Below are positions 18,395 through 26,819 of a stretch of DNA of 64,000 bases, piece after piece. The DNA lies in assembly GCA_965219445.1 (NCBI GenBank), contig CBDCNQ010000002.1:448001-512000 (forward strand), in the 5' to 3' direction. The first letter of the stretch is position 1. Each line of letters opens with the position of its first letter. Below the pieces are notes generated by a model. That model did not search any database. It saw only the letters and a list, made by a program, of their open reading frames with translations, and had not been told where the DNA came from. The translations under genes were made by a program, and so were the position numbers. The stretch is from Longimicrobiales bacterium. Lineage in GTDB: Bacteria; Gemmatimonadota; Gemmatimonadetes; Longimicrobiales; Gaopeijiaceae.

Positions 18395-18521
18395 GAACCA
18401 TCCTTCTATCTGGGACTCTGTGGCCCATCGCTTCGTTCGGCTCTTCCAGGGGTGCATAGCCTTTGAGTGGGGGCTTGGGCTCTCTGCCCCGGCCCACGGT
18501 GTGTATGGATGCTGTCCCCTG
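18395..18521 (-). ncRNA. Putative bridge/seek RNA core (target-binding loop plus donor-binding loop)
   Basis: Two stem/internal-loop/stem units; loop segments UACACACC and UCAAAGG match the target, AUAGAAGG matches the donor; true RNA ends unknown. Confidence 0.8.
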
Positions 18522-18598
18522 TAACCGGTTCGCTTCCGTTTCGTCGGACCCCATGTTGTGACCGCTTTCGACCCCACGCTCGCCGATCCCAGGCCGGT

Positions 18599-19654
18599 TT
18601 ACTCCGTCGCTTCCAGTCTCTTGGGGTCGTACGCTTCGCCCGTGCGCCACACCGCTAGCACGATCGAGGCGAGCTGACGCGCGATCGTCAGCTTCGCCAG
18701 ATTCGGCTTCGTGCCCCCCTCCAGGAGTCGCTCGTAGTGGCGGTACAAGGGCTCGTCCTCGGCCCGACCGATCACCGTCGTCGCTGCGCCCTTGAACACA
18801 CGCTTCAGCGTGTGGTTGAAGTTCCGATTCAGCCCCCGCGTCTGCTGTACCGGTTCCCTTACCCACCGCCCACCCGGACCCCGCACCCAGTCCGACGAGC
18901 TCCGCATCACGACGCCCAGTCCGCAGTACGCCCAGAACCTGCTCCGGCTCTGGAACCGGTACGGCGTCACCACCACCGGCAGGAGCTCCGCCGTCCGGAT
19001 CGGACCCAGACCCGGGCACGTCTTCAGCACATGCCACTCTCGATGCTTGCGTGCTTCCGCCAGCAACGCCTTCTCGGCCTTCGCCCTCAATGCCACGAGT
19101 GCGTCGTGCTCCTCGTACAGCAACCCGGCCGTCGTCCTGCTCGCTTCCGGCAGCTTGGCCAACCACTCCTCCCGGTCGCGCTTTAAGTAGACCGAGCGCC
19201 CCGCGCCGTAGGCCACTCCTCTCGAGCGCAGCACGCTCTTGAGCCGGTTCTTCACCCGCACCGTGTCGCCGACCAAGAAGTCGTAGCTCTTCGCCCGTTC
19301 CCCCAGCCGCCTGAACTGGCCCCGGTTCTTGTAGACCGTCGTCTCCAGTGATCCGATCCGCAGCTTCTCCGCCAGGGCAAACGCGTCCAGCTTGTCGGTC
19401 TTCGGGCCCCGGCTCTTGCCGACCCCCGCCACCGTCAGCTCCTCCACGTGCGGCTTCAGCACCTCGTACAGCCACCCCGACAGCGTCCCTTCTTCCAGGC
19501 ACAAGTGCCGGTTCCTCGGAATCCCTCGCAGCACCTCGATCAGCGCCCGCGCGTTCGTTTCCACCACCTGCGAGCCCAAGCGCTTGCCGCTGGGGCCTAC
19601 AATCCCCAGCGTGCAGCTCGACGCGTGTGCGTCGAGTCCGATATATCTCTCCAT
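18599..19654 (-). CDS. IS110-family DEDD recombinase/transposase
   Basis: YIGLDAH, LEEG, KTDKLDA, PGLGPIRTA, YCGL..RSSS, IARQLA; GAGGAG RBS before ATG 19654. Confidence 0.95.
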   Translation of the reverse strand: MERYIGLDAHASSCTLGIVGPSGKRLGSQVVETNARALIEVLRGIPRNRHLCLEEGTLSGWLYEVLKPHVEELTVAGVGKSRGPKTDKLDAFALAEKLRIGSLETTVYKNRGQFRRLGERAKSYDFLVGDTVRVKNRLKSVLRSRGVAYGAGRSVYLKRDREEWLAKLPEASRTTAGLLYEEHDALVALRAKAEKALLAEARKHREWHVLKTCPGLGPIRTAELLPVVVTPYRFQSRSRFWAYCGLGVVMRSSSDWVRGPGGRWVREPVQQTRGLNRNFNHTLKRVFKGAATTVIGRAEDEPLYRHYERLLEGGTKPNLAKLTIARQLASIVLAVWRTGEAYDPKRLEATE

Positions 19655-20100
19655 CGGCGTTCTCCTCTTGGATAGGTGGGTTGCTTCCTTGCGCGAACAA
19701 TGATGAACGCGCACCCGTTCCCGGAGGAGAACGCCTCTTCGTCTTCGGGCTGCTTAGCTGCTGATCGGTACCGGTAGCCGTCGCCATGCCCCTATGATGC
19801 CTTTGATCCTAGCTCCAAACAGTGCCACGTATCGAACAAAATAGGGTCTCATGAGACCTCCTCGGTTGAGCGCTACGCGCTTGATTGTGTCTGTGTGTAA
19901 TACGAGCGGAGAGACCTGCCGTCAACCGAAGGGGACGGCCCTGGGGTGCCTCGGCTCGCTCATCGAGTGCCGAACTCGGACAACGGCCCCTGAAATTCTG
20001 ACCCTCGCCGGGTTCGGCTTGACGGCCTCTTTCCCCGCTCGCATATCCAGCCGAGGGCCTTATATTTATGGCCCCTCACCCTTCTCTCCGAGGAGCTCCT

Positions 20101-20181
20101 ATGAAAAGTACCTTTGTCCGATCGATGTCGCTGCTCACCGTTGCGGGCTTCTTAGCCGCCTGCCAGAGCGAATTCCGGTAG
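20101..20181 (+). pseudogene. Lipoprotein signal-peptide stub
   Basis: GAGGAG RBS followed by MKSTFVRSMSLLTVAGFLAAC-QSEFR*. Confidence 0.5.
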
Positions 20182-20257
20182 GCCCCCCGCGTGCGCGACC
20201 GGTATGATTCTCTGACGGTCGACGCGCACCATCCCGATCCCAGTCCAATTACCGGGG

Positions 20258-20947
20258 GTGACGATGTCCGACACGTGGATGTTCTCGATTTCAGCGCTGA
20301 GTGCGGCGCTCCTCGGCGCCGCGTGCGGCACCGATAGCACGGCTCCAGAGGCCGCTCCGGCCGATTCGGTCCCTGAGGCCGTCGCGACTCAGCTCGTCAA
20401 GAGCGGTGGCGACCAGCAGGCCTGGTACTTCAACAACCCGCTCTCAACGCCCTACGCGGTGACGGCTCGGAGCGAAAACGACGATCCGGTGCCTGGCGTG
20501 GTGGTCACGTGGTCCGTGGCTTCGGGCGGTGGCTCGGTGGATCCTCCTCAGGTGGGAACCGACTCGAGCGGGCTCGCCCAAGCGACGCACACTTTGGGTC
20601 CCACGGCCATGTCCCAGTCGGTTACCGCAGGCGTCCCCGGCCTTCCCACGCTCACCTTCAACGCTACCGCGACCGATCCGCCGACCGCAGCCGCCGTGAT
20701 GGTGAAAAACAACTTCTTCGATCCCCGCGATGTGGTCGTGCAGATCGGCAGCACAGTCGTATGGACGTGGAACTCTTCGGGCGAGGTTCACAACGTGACG
20801 TATGTGGGCAGTCCTACGCCCCTTCCCCAGAGCTCGACCACGCAGGGAGCGGGCATGCACAGCAATACCTACGGGACGGCCACGAAGTACCGATATCTCT
20901 GCACAATCCACGGTGGCATGGAAGGTACGGTGACCGTGGTGCGGTGA
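20258..20947 (+). CDS. Lipoprotein with Ig-like (Big_1-like) and cupredoxin domains
   Basis: GAAC lipobox; SGGDQQ..PVPGVVVTWSV..GGGSV Ig-like segment; HNV..YLCTIHGGM type-1 copper ligands. Confidence 0.8.
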   Translation: MTMSDTWMFSISALSAALLGAACGTDSTAPEAAPADSVPEAVATQLVKSGGDQQAWYFNNPLSTPYAVTARSENDDPVPGVVVTWSVASGGGSVDPPQVGTDSSGLAQATHTLGPTAMSQSVTAGVPGLPTLTFNATATDPPTAAAVMVKNNFFDPRDVVVQIGSTVVWTWNSSGEVHNVTYVGSPTPLPQSSTTQGAGMHSNTYGTATKYRYLCTIHGGMEGTVTVVR

Positions 20948-20973
20948 TGACCCGAAGGGCTGAGGCCGGCGGA

Positions 20974-22770
20974 CTAGTAGTCGACCGGCCTCAAGTAGAA
21001 CTCGCCGATCGCGGTGGACGAAAGCATCGCGACCGTGGGCAGCTCCCTCTTCCAATGCGTCGCCGACAGTAGACGCCAGACGCGATCCACGTCGGCCTCA
21101 GGGACCCCGTCTCTCTTGAGCTCGTCGGCCGTATAGCCGAGGAGAAGCCAGTGGAGAATCGGATCGGCCCGGTGGTAAGAAATACCGAGCTCGTCCTCGT
21201 CATGAACGCCACGGACCAAGTCGGCCGACGCGGGCTTGTCGATGATCACGTCCGGCACCCCGAGGTGCCTGGCCAAGTCCCAGACCTGCGTCTTGAAGAG
21301 ATCCCCAAGCGGATTGATCGGGGGAGAATCATCCGCGTGCCACGTGTAATAGCCCAGGAGGCGCTCCGACTTGTTTCCCGTACCGAGCGGCAGCGCCCGG
21401 AGCTTCGCGGACTGGTCGAAAAGAATCACTGAACGGAGGCGGGCAGCCAGATTCCCCCGGCGAAGGGGCGAAAGGTCAGGCTCATGTTTCTCTATGTACG
21501 CGTCCACCGTCTCCGTAATCTCGATCGTACGACCCTCGGCACCGGACGCCTCCAGCACGAGCGCCGCGTGGTCCAGGCTCTCCTGGCTCGACGTCGCGTA
21601 AGGAAGGCGAAAGCCCGTCACGTTCTCGGGGCCGAGAGCGCGGACGGCCAAGAATAGCGACACGCTCGAATCCACTCCCCCGGATATACCGATCACCACA
21701 CGTTCGAAGCCGCGCCGACGAACGACTTCTTCCCGGATGAACTCCAGCAGAGCGCTTTCCACCAGGGGCAGATCCAGATCGAGTAGCCTGTCGTCTTCGG
21801 GATGGACGGGCGTATGCAGGCTCGGGCCCACGCGATCGAGCGGGGGCTCATCCTCCACCGGTTCGGGGCGAGGCGGGGTGGGTGGCCCAGCCGGGCCCTG
21901 GGCCTCCGTCAGCGCCCTCTGCAGGTGAGGGAGCGTCTGCTCGAGATCGGCCAACAAGGGGGACGCGACCCGGGCACGGTCCAGCGCCGCCGGATCCAGC
22001 TGGGCCAAGGTCACACCCTCGGCGAAGAGTGGTCCCCGTGCCAGAATCGAGCCGTCCGGCGCAACCGCAATGGACCCACCTGGAAACACCTTTCCCCCCT
22101 CCGAGCCGACGAGCTGACTGACCACAACGAACACACCGTGCTCGAGCGCGGTAGCCGGGGCCAAGGCCTCCCATCGACTCAGATTGTGCGGGCGCCCTTC
22201 CCCACTCGGAGTGAAGTCTCGCGCCGGAGACGCGCTCACGGCGATGATCAACTCCGCACCCCCTACGGTCAGGATCGTGGGCGGCAACGAGTGCCACATT
22301 TCCTCACAGATGAGGAGCCCTACCCGTCCGAACCTGGTATCGAACGCCTGGACCGTCCTTCCAGCCTCCACGAAGCGCGCCTCGTCGAAGACGCCGTAGG
22401 TGGGGAGAAACATCTTCCGGTGGACGTGGGTCGCCTCGAATCCTCGCTCGCCGGGCGTCAGATACACGACGCTGTTATACAGCCTCCGACGATGCCGTTC
22501 GAAGAAGCCGAGCACCACGTCAGGAGCCTCCTCCGGCGGTTGTCCCAGACCCTTTGCCACGTCCGCGGCCGAGCGCGCCGCCTCGGCAACACCACCCTCC
22601 AGGAAGTAGCCGGAAAGGCTCGCCTCGGGAAACACCAAGAGGTCGACCGTGCCCGCCTGCTCGGAGACCACCTCGCCAATCCGGGAGATATTGGAGGCGA
22701 CATCGGCCTTCTCGGGTTTGAACTGGGCGAGCCCCACCCGTAGCTGAGACCCTACTATCGGTCGTATCAT
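20974..22770 (-). CDS. nadE: Glutamine-dependent NAD+ synthetase
   Basis: Nitrilase domain (FPE, RKMFLPTYGVFDE, ICEE) plus GISGGVDS, TGNKSE, PLGDLFKT. Confidence 0.95.
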   Translation of the reverse strand: MIRPIVGSQLRVGLAQFKPEKADVASNISRIGEVVSEQAGTVDLLVFPEASLSGYFLEGGVAEAARSAADVAKGLGQPPEEAPDVVLGFFERHRRRLYNSVVYLTPGERGFEATHVHRKMFLPTYGVFDEARFVEAGRTVQAFDTRFGRVGLLICEEMWHSLPPTILTVGGAELIIAVSASPARDFTPSGEGRPHNLSRWEALAPATALEHGVFVVVSQLVGSEGGKVFPGGSIAVAPDGSILARGPLFAEGVTLAQLDPAALDRARVASPLLADLEQTLPHLQRALTEAQGPAGPPTPPRPEPVEDEPPLDRVGPSLHTPVHPEDDRLLDLDLPLVESALLEFIREEVVRRRGFERVVIGISGGVDSSVSLFLAVRALGPENVTGFRLPYATSSQESLDHAALVLEASGAEGRTIEITETVDAYIEKHEPDLSPLRRGNLAARLRSVILFDQSAKLRALPLGTGNKSERLLGYYTWHADDSPPINPLGDLFKTQVWDLARHLGVPDVIIDKPASADLVRGVHDEDELGISYHRADPILHWLLLGYTADELKRDGVPEADVDRVWRLLSATHWKRELPTVAMLSSTAIGEFYLRPVDY

Positions 22771-22943
22771 TAGCGACGTCTCCCGGGCACGTCGGCGACA
22801 AAAACGTATCTCGCCTCTCTCTCGACAAAGTAAGGATTCGGCCGTCGAAGCCGAAGCCCCCTTGCATCTTGACCGGAATGAGGCAGGATTCGATGGGGTT
22901 AGTCAGACATTCTTTGCGGCGGCCGCCACACCGAAGGGAAACG

Positions 22944-24572
22944 ATGATCCGTAAGACGGTACTCGGCTTTGTGTTGGCCCTCGTTCTGGCGCTGCCTTCG
23001 GCAGTTCAGTCGCAGGATAATGCGCAACGGCGCCGATCCGGAGGACGGGCGGCCGCGTCCCCAGGTGCTCAGGAGTTCCTGAGCGTCTTTCAGGCCATTC
23101 GTGACTACGGCCTCCAAGAGCTTTCCGACTCGACACTCTGGTACCGTGCCGTCGACGGGCTGATCCGCGAGATCGATGACCCATATGCGCAGGCGTTTTC
23201 GCCAGATGAGTACGACGAGTTCCAGGAATCCAATACGGGCAACTATGCGGGCATCGGCGTCCAGATCTCGACCCTCAACGAAATGATCACCGTCACGGCA
23301 GTATTCCGGGGCACTCCCGCCGAGGAGTCGGGCCTCCAGGTCGGGGACCTGATCATTGGGGTGAACGACGAGAGTACAGAGGGATGGACCACCGGGGACG
23401 CGTCGAACGCCATCCGTGGCGAAGTGGGAACGACGGTGGACCTTGCGATCGCTCGCCAAGGGCTCACTGCCCCGCTCAGGCCAACTGTGCGCCGGGATAC
23501 CGTGCATGTCTCTGCTGCGGAGGCAGACTTCGTGGGCTCGAACATCGCCTATATCCGACTCGACCGCGTCGCTCGCGGCTCGGCCGATGAGGTGGGGGCC
23601 CTCCTTTCCGAATTCGGGGACGCCCGGGGATTCATCCTCGACTTGAGGGGCAATCCAGGAGGATACCTGGACGAATCGCTCAGCATCTCGGATCTCTTCC
23701 TCCACGAAGGCGCTCGCCTTGCCAGTGCGGAGAGCCGGGTTCCGGGTGAAGCGAACCGTAGCACGGACGAAGCGTGGACCGCCGAAACCCCCGACCAGAT
23801 ACCGGGCAAGCCGGTCATCGTCCTCGTCGATCAGTATTCCGCATCTGCCTCGGAGATCGTCGCCGGAGCCTTGCAGGACCACGACCGAGCTTTGGTTATC
23901 GGTGAGAGGACCTTTGGAAAGGGCGTCTTCCAAAACGTGTTCAGGCTCACCGAGACACGTCATCTCCGACTCACGACGGGCGAATGGTATACCCCGCTGG
24001 GGAGGTCGCTGCATCGACCGCGGACCGCTCAGGGTAACCCCATACCTGAAGATTCGGACAACTTCCCGATGGTCACGACCGACGGAGGGCGTCAACTGGT
24101 CGCTGGAGGCGGAGTGTTCCCCGATCTCGAGATCAGAAACGACACGCTCACGCTAGTCGAACGCGAGTTCACGTCTCAAGCAGCCAGCGCCCGTGTTCCC
24201 ATGAACGTCCGCATCGAGGAGTTCGCCTTCGGTCAGTCCGGGGAGCTCCGTGCCGCGAGTGCCGACCCTGCGATCGATCCCACCGCCTTCGAAGATTTCC
24301 TGACCGGGCTGGTCGACGACGGAGTCGATCCCACTTATCTCGAAAATGACGAAGTGCGGGGATACCTGGAATACTTGGTCATTCAGCGCATTGCGCGCCG
24401 AATGGACAACTTGGGACGGGCCATGGAGCTTCGAGCGCAGCGTGATCCAGTCCTCGCGGAAGCCATGCGACTCTTGGGTGAGATCGAGACTCAAGCCGAA
24501 TTGTTCGCTGCGGCCGAGCGAATGAATGAGTCCTCGCAGGACGTCCGCACAGACGCGATCGGAGTTCGCTAG
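22944..24572 (+). CDS. ctpA: S41 C-terminal processing protease
   Basis: PDZ (GIGVQI), LDLRGNPGG, SASASEI, TFGKG. Confidence 0.92.
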   Translation: MIRKTVLGFVLALVLALPSAVQSQDNAQRRRSGGRAAASPGAQEFLSVFQAIRDYGLQELSDSTLWYRAVDGLIREIDDPYAQAFSPDEYDEFQESNTGNYAGIGVQISTLNEMITVTAVFRGTPAEESGLQVGDLIIGVNDESTEGWTTGDASNAIRGEVGTTVDLAIARQGLTAPLRPTVRRDTVHVSAAEADFVGSNIAYIRLDRVARGSADEVGALLSEFGDARGFILDLRGNPGGYLDESLSISDLFLHEGARLASAESRVPGEANRSTDEAWTAETPDQIPGKPVIVLVDQYSASASEIVAGALQDHDRALVIGERTFGKGVFQNVFRLTETRHLRLTTGEWYTPLGRSLHRPRTAQGNPIPEDSDNFPMVTTDGGRQLVAGGGVFPDLEIRNDTLTLVEREFTSQAASARVPMNVRIEEFAFGQSGELRAASADPAIDPTAFEDFLTGLVDDGVDPTYLENDEVRGYLEYLVIQRIARRMDNLGRAMELRAQRDPVLAEAMRLLGEIETQAELFAAAERMNESSQDVRTDAIGVR

Positions 24573-24670
24573 CGGAGCGATGCTATTCCTCGTCGTCGCG
24601 CCCTGCCGCATCCGGCGCCTCGGCACTCTCGGTGGCTCGCGAACTTCTGGAACACCACACTACGACCACC

Positions 24671-25588
24671 CTACGACCTTGGGTGGTACCTTCGATGCGT
24701 GTCACGAAGGTATTTACGATCCAAGTGTGTATAGATCTGGGTCGTTGAGATGTCCGCATGACCTAGAAGCTCCTGGACCGCCACCAGATCCGCACCTCCC
24801 TCCAACAGGTGCGTCGCGAACGTATGGCGCAGCACATGGGGAGACACTTTTCGTTCGATACCCGCCAAGCCCGCAGCCGCCTTTACGATCTTCCACACTG
24901 CCGTCCTGGACAGGGGCCGCCCTCGCTGATTGAGAAAGACAAACCCACCGCCCTTGCCCTTCTCCAAGGCCGGCCTCACTTCACGGAGGTAACGGGAAAT
25001 CGCCACGCACGCCGGCCGCCCGAGCGGAACCATACGCTCCTTGGACCCCTTCCCGAAGACCGTACACAATCCCTCTTTCAGATCGAGATCAGTAAGGCGC
25101 AGGCCCACGAGCTCCGAGACGCGCACCCCGGTGGCGTAGAGAAATTCTAGAATCGCCCGGTCGCGCCAGTGCAGCGACGAATCCAATCGAGGCGCCTCCA
25201 ACAGCGCAGAGACCTCGGCAACATCGAGGACGTTCGGAAGCGGCCGGGCGACACGAGAGCTTTGAAGCCCCTCCGTCGGGTCGCTTGGCAGAGCTCCCTC
25301 CTCCAGTAGAAATCCGAAATAGGTGCGAAGCGCCGACTGGGCGCGGCGTACAGACGTTGGGGCCAGCCCAAGATCACTTAGGTGGAACACGTAATCTCGT
25401 ACGTCATCCCCACCTACGGACGCCGGATCGCGGCGTCCCCTCTCCGTCGCAAAGACGATGAATCTCTGGAGCTCCCGGCCATACGCACTGACGGTGAGCG
25501 GGGACAAGCCACGCTCGAAATTCAGATAGTCGGCGTAGAGTTCAGCCTGAAATTCGATCACCTCATTCACGCGGTCACTCCGACTCAT
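24671..25588 (-). CDS. xerD: Tyrosine recombinase XerD
   Basis: RDRAILEFLYATGVRVSE, GKGSKER, HVLRHTFATH, LLGHADISTTQIYTH. Confidence 0.92.
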   Translation of the reverse strand: MSRSDRVNEVIEFQAELYADYLNFERGLSPLTVSAYGRELQRFIVFATERGRRDPASVGGDDVRDYVFHLSDLGLAPTSVRRAQSALRTYFGFLLEEGALPSDPTEGLQSSRVARPLPNVLDVAEVSALLEAPRLDSSLHWRDRAILEFLYATGVRVSELVGLRLTDLDLKEGLCTVFGKGSKERMVPLGRPACVAISRYLREVRPALEKGKGGGFVFLNQRGRPLSRTAVWKIVKAAAGLAGIERKVSPHVLRHTFATHLLEGGADLVAVQELLGHADISTTQIYTHLDRKYLRDTHRRYHPRS

Positions 25589-26237
25589 CTCGATGCTGGT
25601 CCGGCCCAGAGCGCGCGTCGATATCGGCCCTGTGCCTCCGGCGGGATCGTACCCACCACCACCCCAGCAGCACGAAGATCACACCCGTGATGCCTGTCAA
25701 TGTCCAGTTCAGACGGGACTGTATCCTCAGTAGCTGGTCGATATTCCGCCCAGCGAACGCTCCGATCCAGATGAGAGCTCCGTACCAGATCGCCGAAGCC
25801 ATCAGAAGAGGAACAGCCACAGAGAGTGGGTGCTGTCGGATGAGGCCCGCGAACACGGGCGTAACCGCCCGCAGCCCCGGTAGGAACCGGGTATAGAAGA
25901 CTGCTACCACTCCCCACCGCTCGTAAAACTTCCGAACGATTTCAACCTGCTTCGGGTCGAGCAGGTACCGCCCGAGCCGAGACTGGAAAAACGAGTCGCC
26001 GTAGCGGTAGCCAGCCGTGTAGACCACAAGGGCAGAAAGCACGTTCGATGTCCACGTCACGAGAAAGACGAGCTGTTCGCTTGCGAGCCCTCGAGCGGCG
26101 AGGAAACCTCCGAGCAGAACGAAGGTGTCGGCCGGAATCGGAGGGATGATGTTCTCGACGGCCGCGCCCACGCCGAGCGCCGCATACAACAGGTAGGGGG
26201 ACGCATCCCGTATCCAGGCAAGAAGCTGGTCCAGCAC
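25575..26237 (-). CDS. dedA: DedA family membrane protein
   Basis: ENIIPPIPAD, RFLPGLR motifs. Confidence 0.9.
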   Translation of the reverse strand: MLDQLLAWIRDASPYLLYAALGVGAAVENIIPPIPADTFVLLGGFLAARGLASEQLVFLVTWTSNVLSALVVYTAGYRYGDSFFQSRLGRYLLDPKQVEIVRKFYERWGVVAVFYTRFLPGLRAVTPVFAGLIRQHPLSVAVPLLMASAIWYGALIWIGAFAGRNIDQLLRIQSRLNWTLTGITGVIFVLLGWWWVRSRRRHRADIDARSGPDQHRDESE

Positions 26238-26242
26238 GACCC

Positions 26243-26770
26243 TCAGAGGCCCGACCCGTCACTGCGACGGGCTTCGTCGTCTCCTGATCCCTCTAGAAGC
26301 GCCACCGCGTGCACCGCCATGCCCTCCCCCGCTCCGATCCAGCCCATACCCTCGTTCGTCTTTCCTTTCACGGAAATCCTCTCGGGAGCCGTGCCGAGCA
26401 CCTCGGAGAGCCTCGCCACCATCTCCTTCGCGTTGGGAGCGATCTCGGGCAGCTCCGTGATTACGGTGACGTCAAGATTACAGACCCGGAGATCGGACTC
26501 ACGAATGAGTTCGACCGTACGCGCCAGCAATTCCATGGAATCCGCATCCTTCCACCGGGGCTCAGAGGGGGGAAAATGCCGACCGATGTCACCCAAAGCC
26601 GCGGCGCCGAGCAAGGCATCCGCGACCGCATGGGCGATGGCATCGCCGTCGGAGTGTCCCACGAGACCCGGGTGATCAGGAATCCGGACGCCTCCAAGAA
26701 CGAGCGGCCGTGCCTCGTCGAAGCGGTGGGAGTCGTATCCGAAGCCGATCCTCATCGAGCCGATCTTCAT
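26243..26770 (-). CDS. ispF: 2-C-methyl-D-erythritol 2,4-cyclodiphosphate synthase
   Basis: GFGYDSH, HSDGD, GDIGRHFP, KGKTNEG. Confidence 0.95.
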   Translation of the reverse strand: MKIGSMRIGFGYDSHRFDEARPLVLGGVRIPDHPGLVGHSDGDAIAHAVADALLGAAALGDIGRHFPPSEPRWKDADSMELLARTVELIRESDLRVCNLDVTVITELPEIAPNAKEMVARLSEVLGTAPERISVKGKTNEGMGWIGAGEGMAVHAVALLEGSGDDEARRSDGSGL

Positions 26771-26819
26771 CGCCCCTCCATTCACTTCGCGGAGCCGCAC
26801 CCCACCTTTTCAACAGGCC

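Larger units (their letters stand above)
18209..19803 (-). mobile_element. IS110-family (IS1111-type layout) element
   Basis: CCTT shared at both junctions (18209-18212, 19800-19803); imperfect sub-terminal IR GGGGC-TGGCG (18217-18226) versus CGCCATGCCCC (19782-19792); long 3' non-coding region. Confidence 0.9.
16839..19815 (-). mobile_element. IS256-family insertion sequence whose upstream IR is split by an IS110-family element
   Basis: IR at 16839-16863 GAGGTTGGGTCAATAGGTGTGTAAA; joining 18200-18212 to 19804-19815 rebuilds the opposite IR (reverse complement GAGCTAGGATCAAAGGGTGTGTAAA, 20/25 identical). Confidence 0.88.

Noticed and set aside
17105..19787. Long alternative ORFs 17105-18466(+) and 18363-19787(-)
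   Set aside because: Shadow frames of the two transposases in GC-rich DNA, with no motifs.
24671..25588. XerD as the integrase of the tRNA-associated island
   Set aside because: It has canonical chromosomal XerD motifs and overlaps dedA within a housekeeping run.
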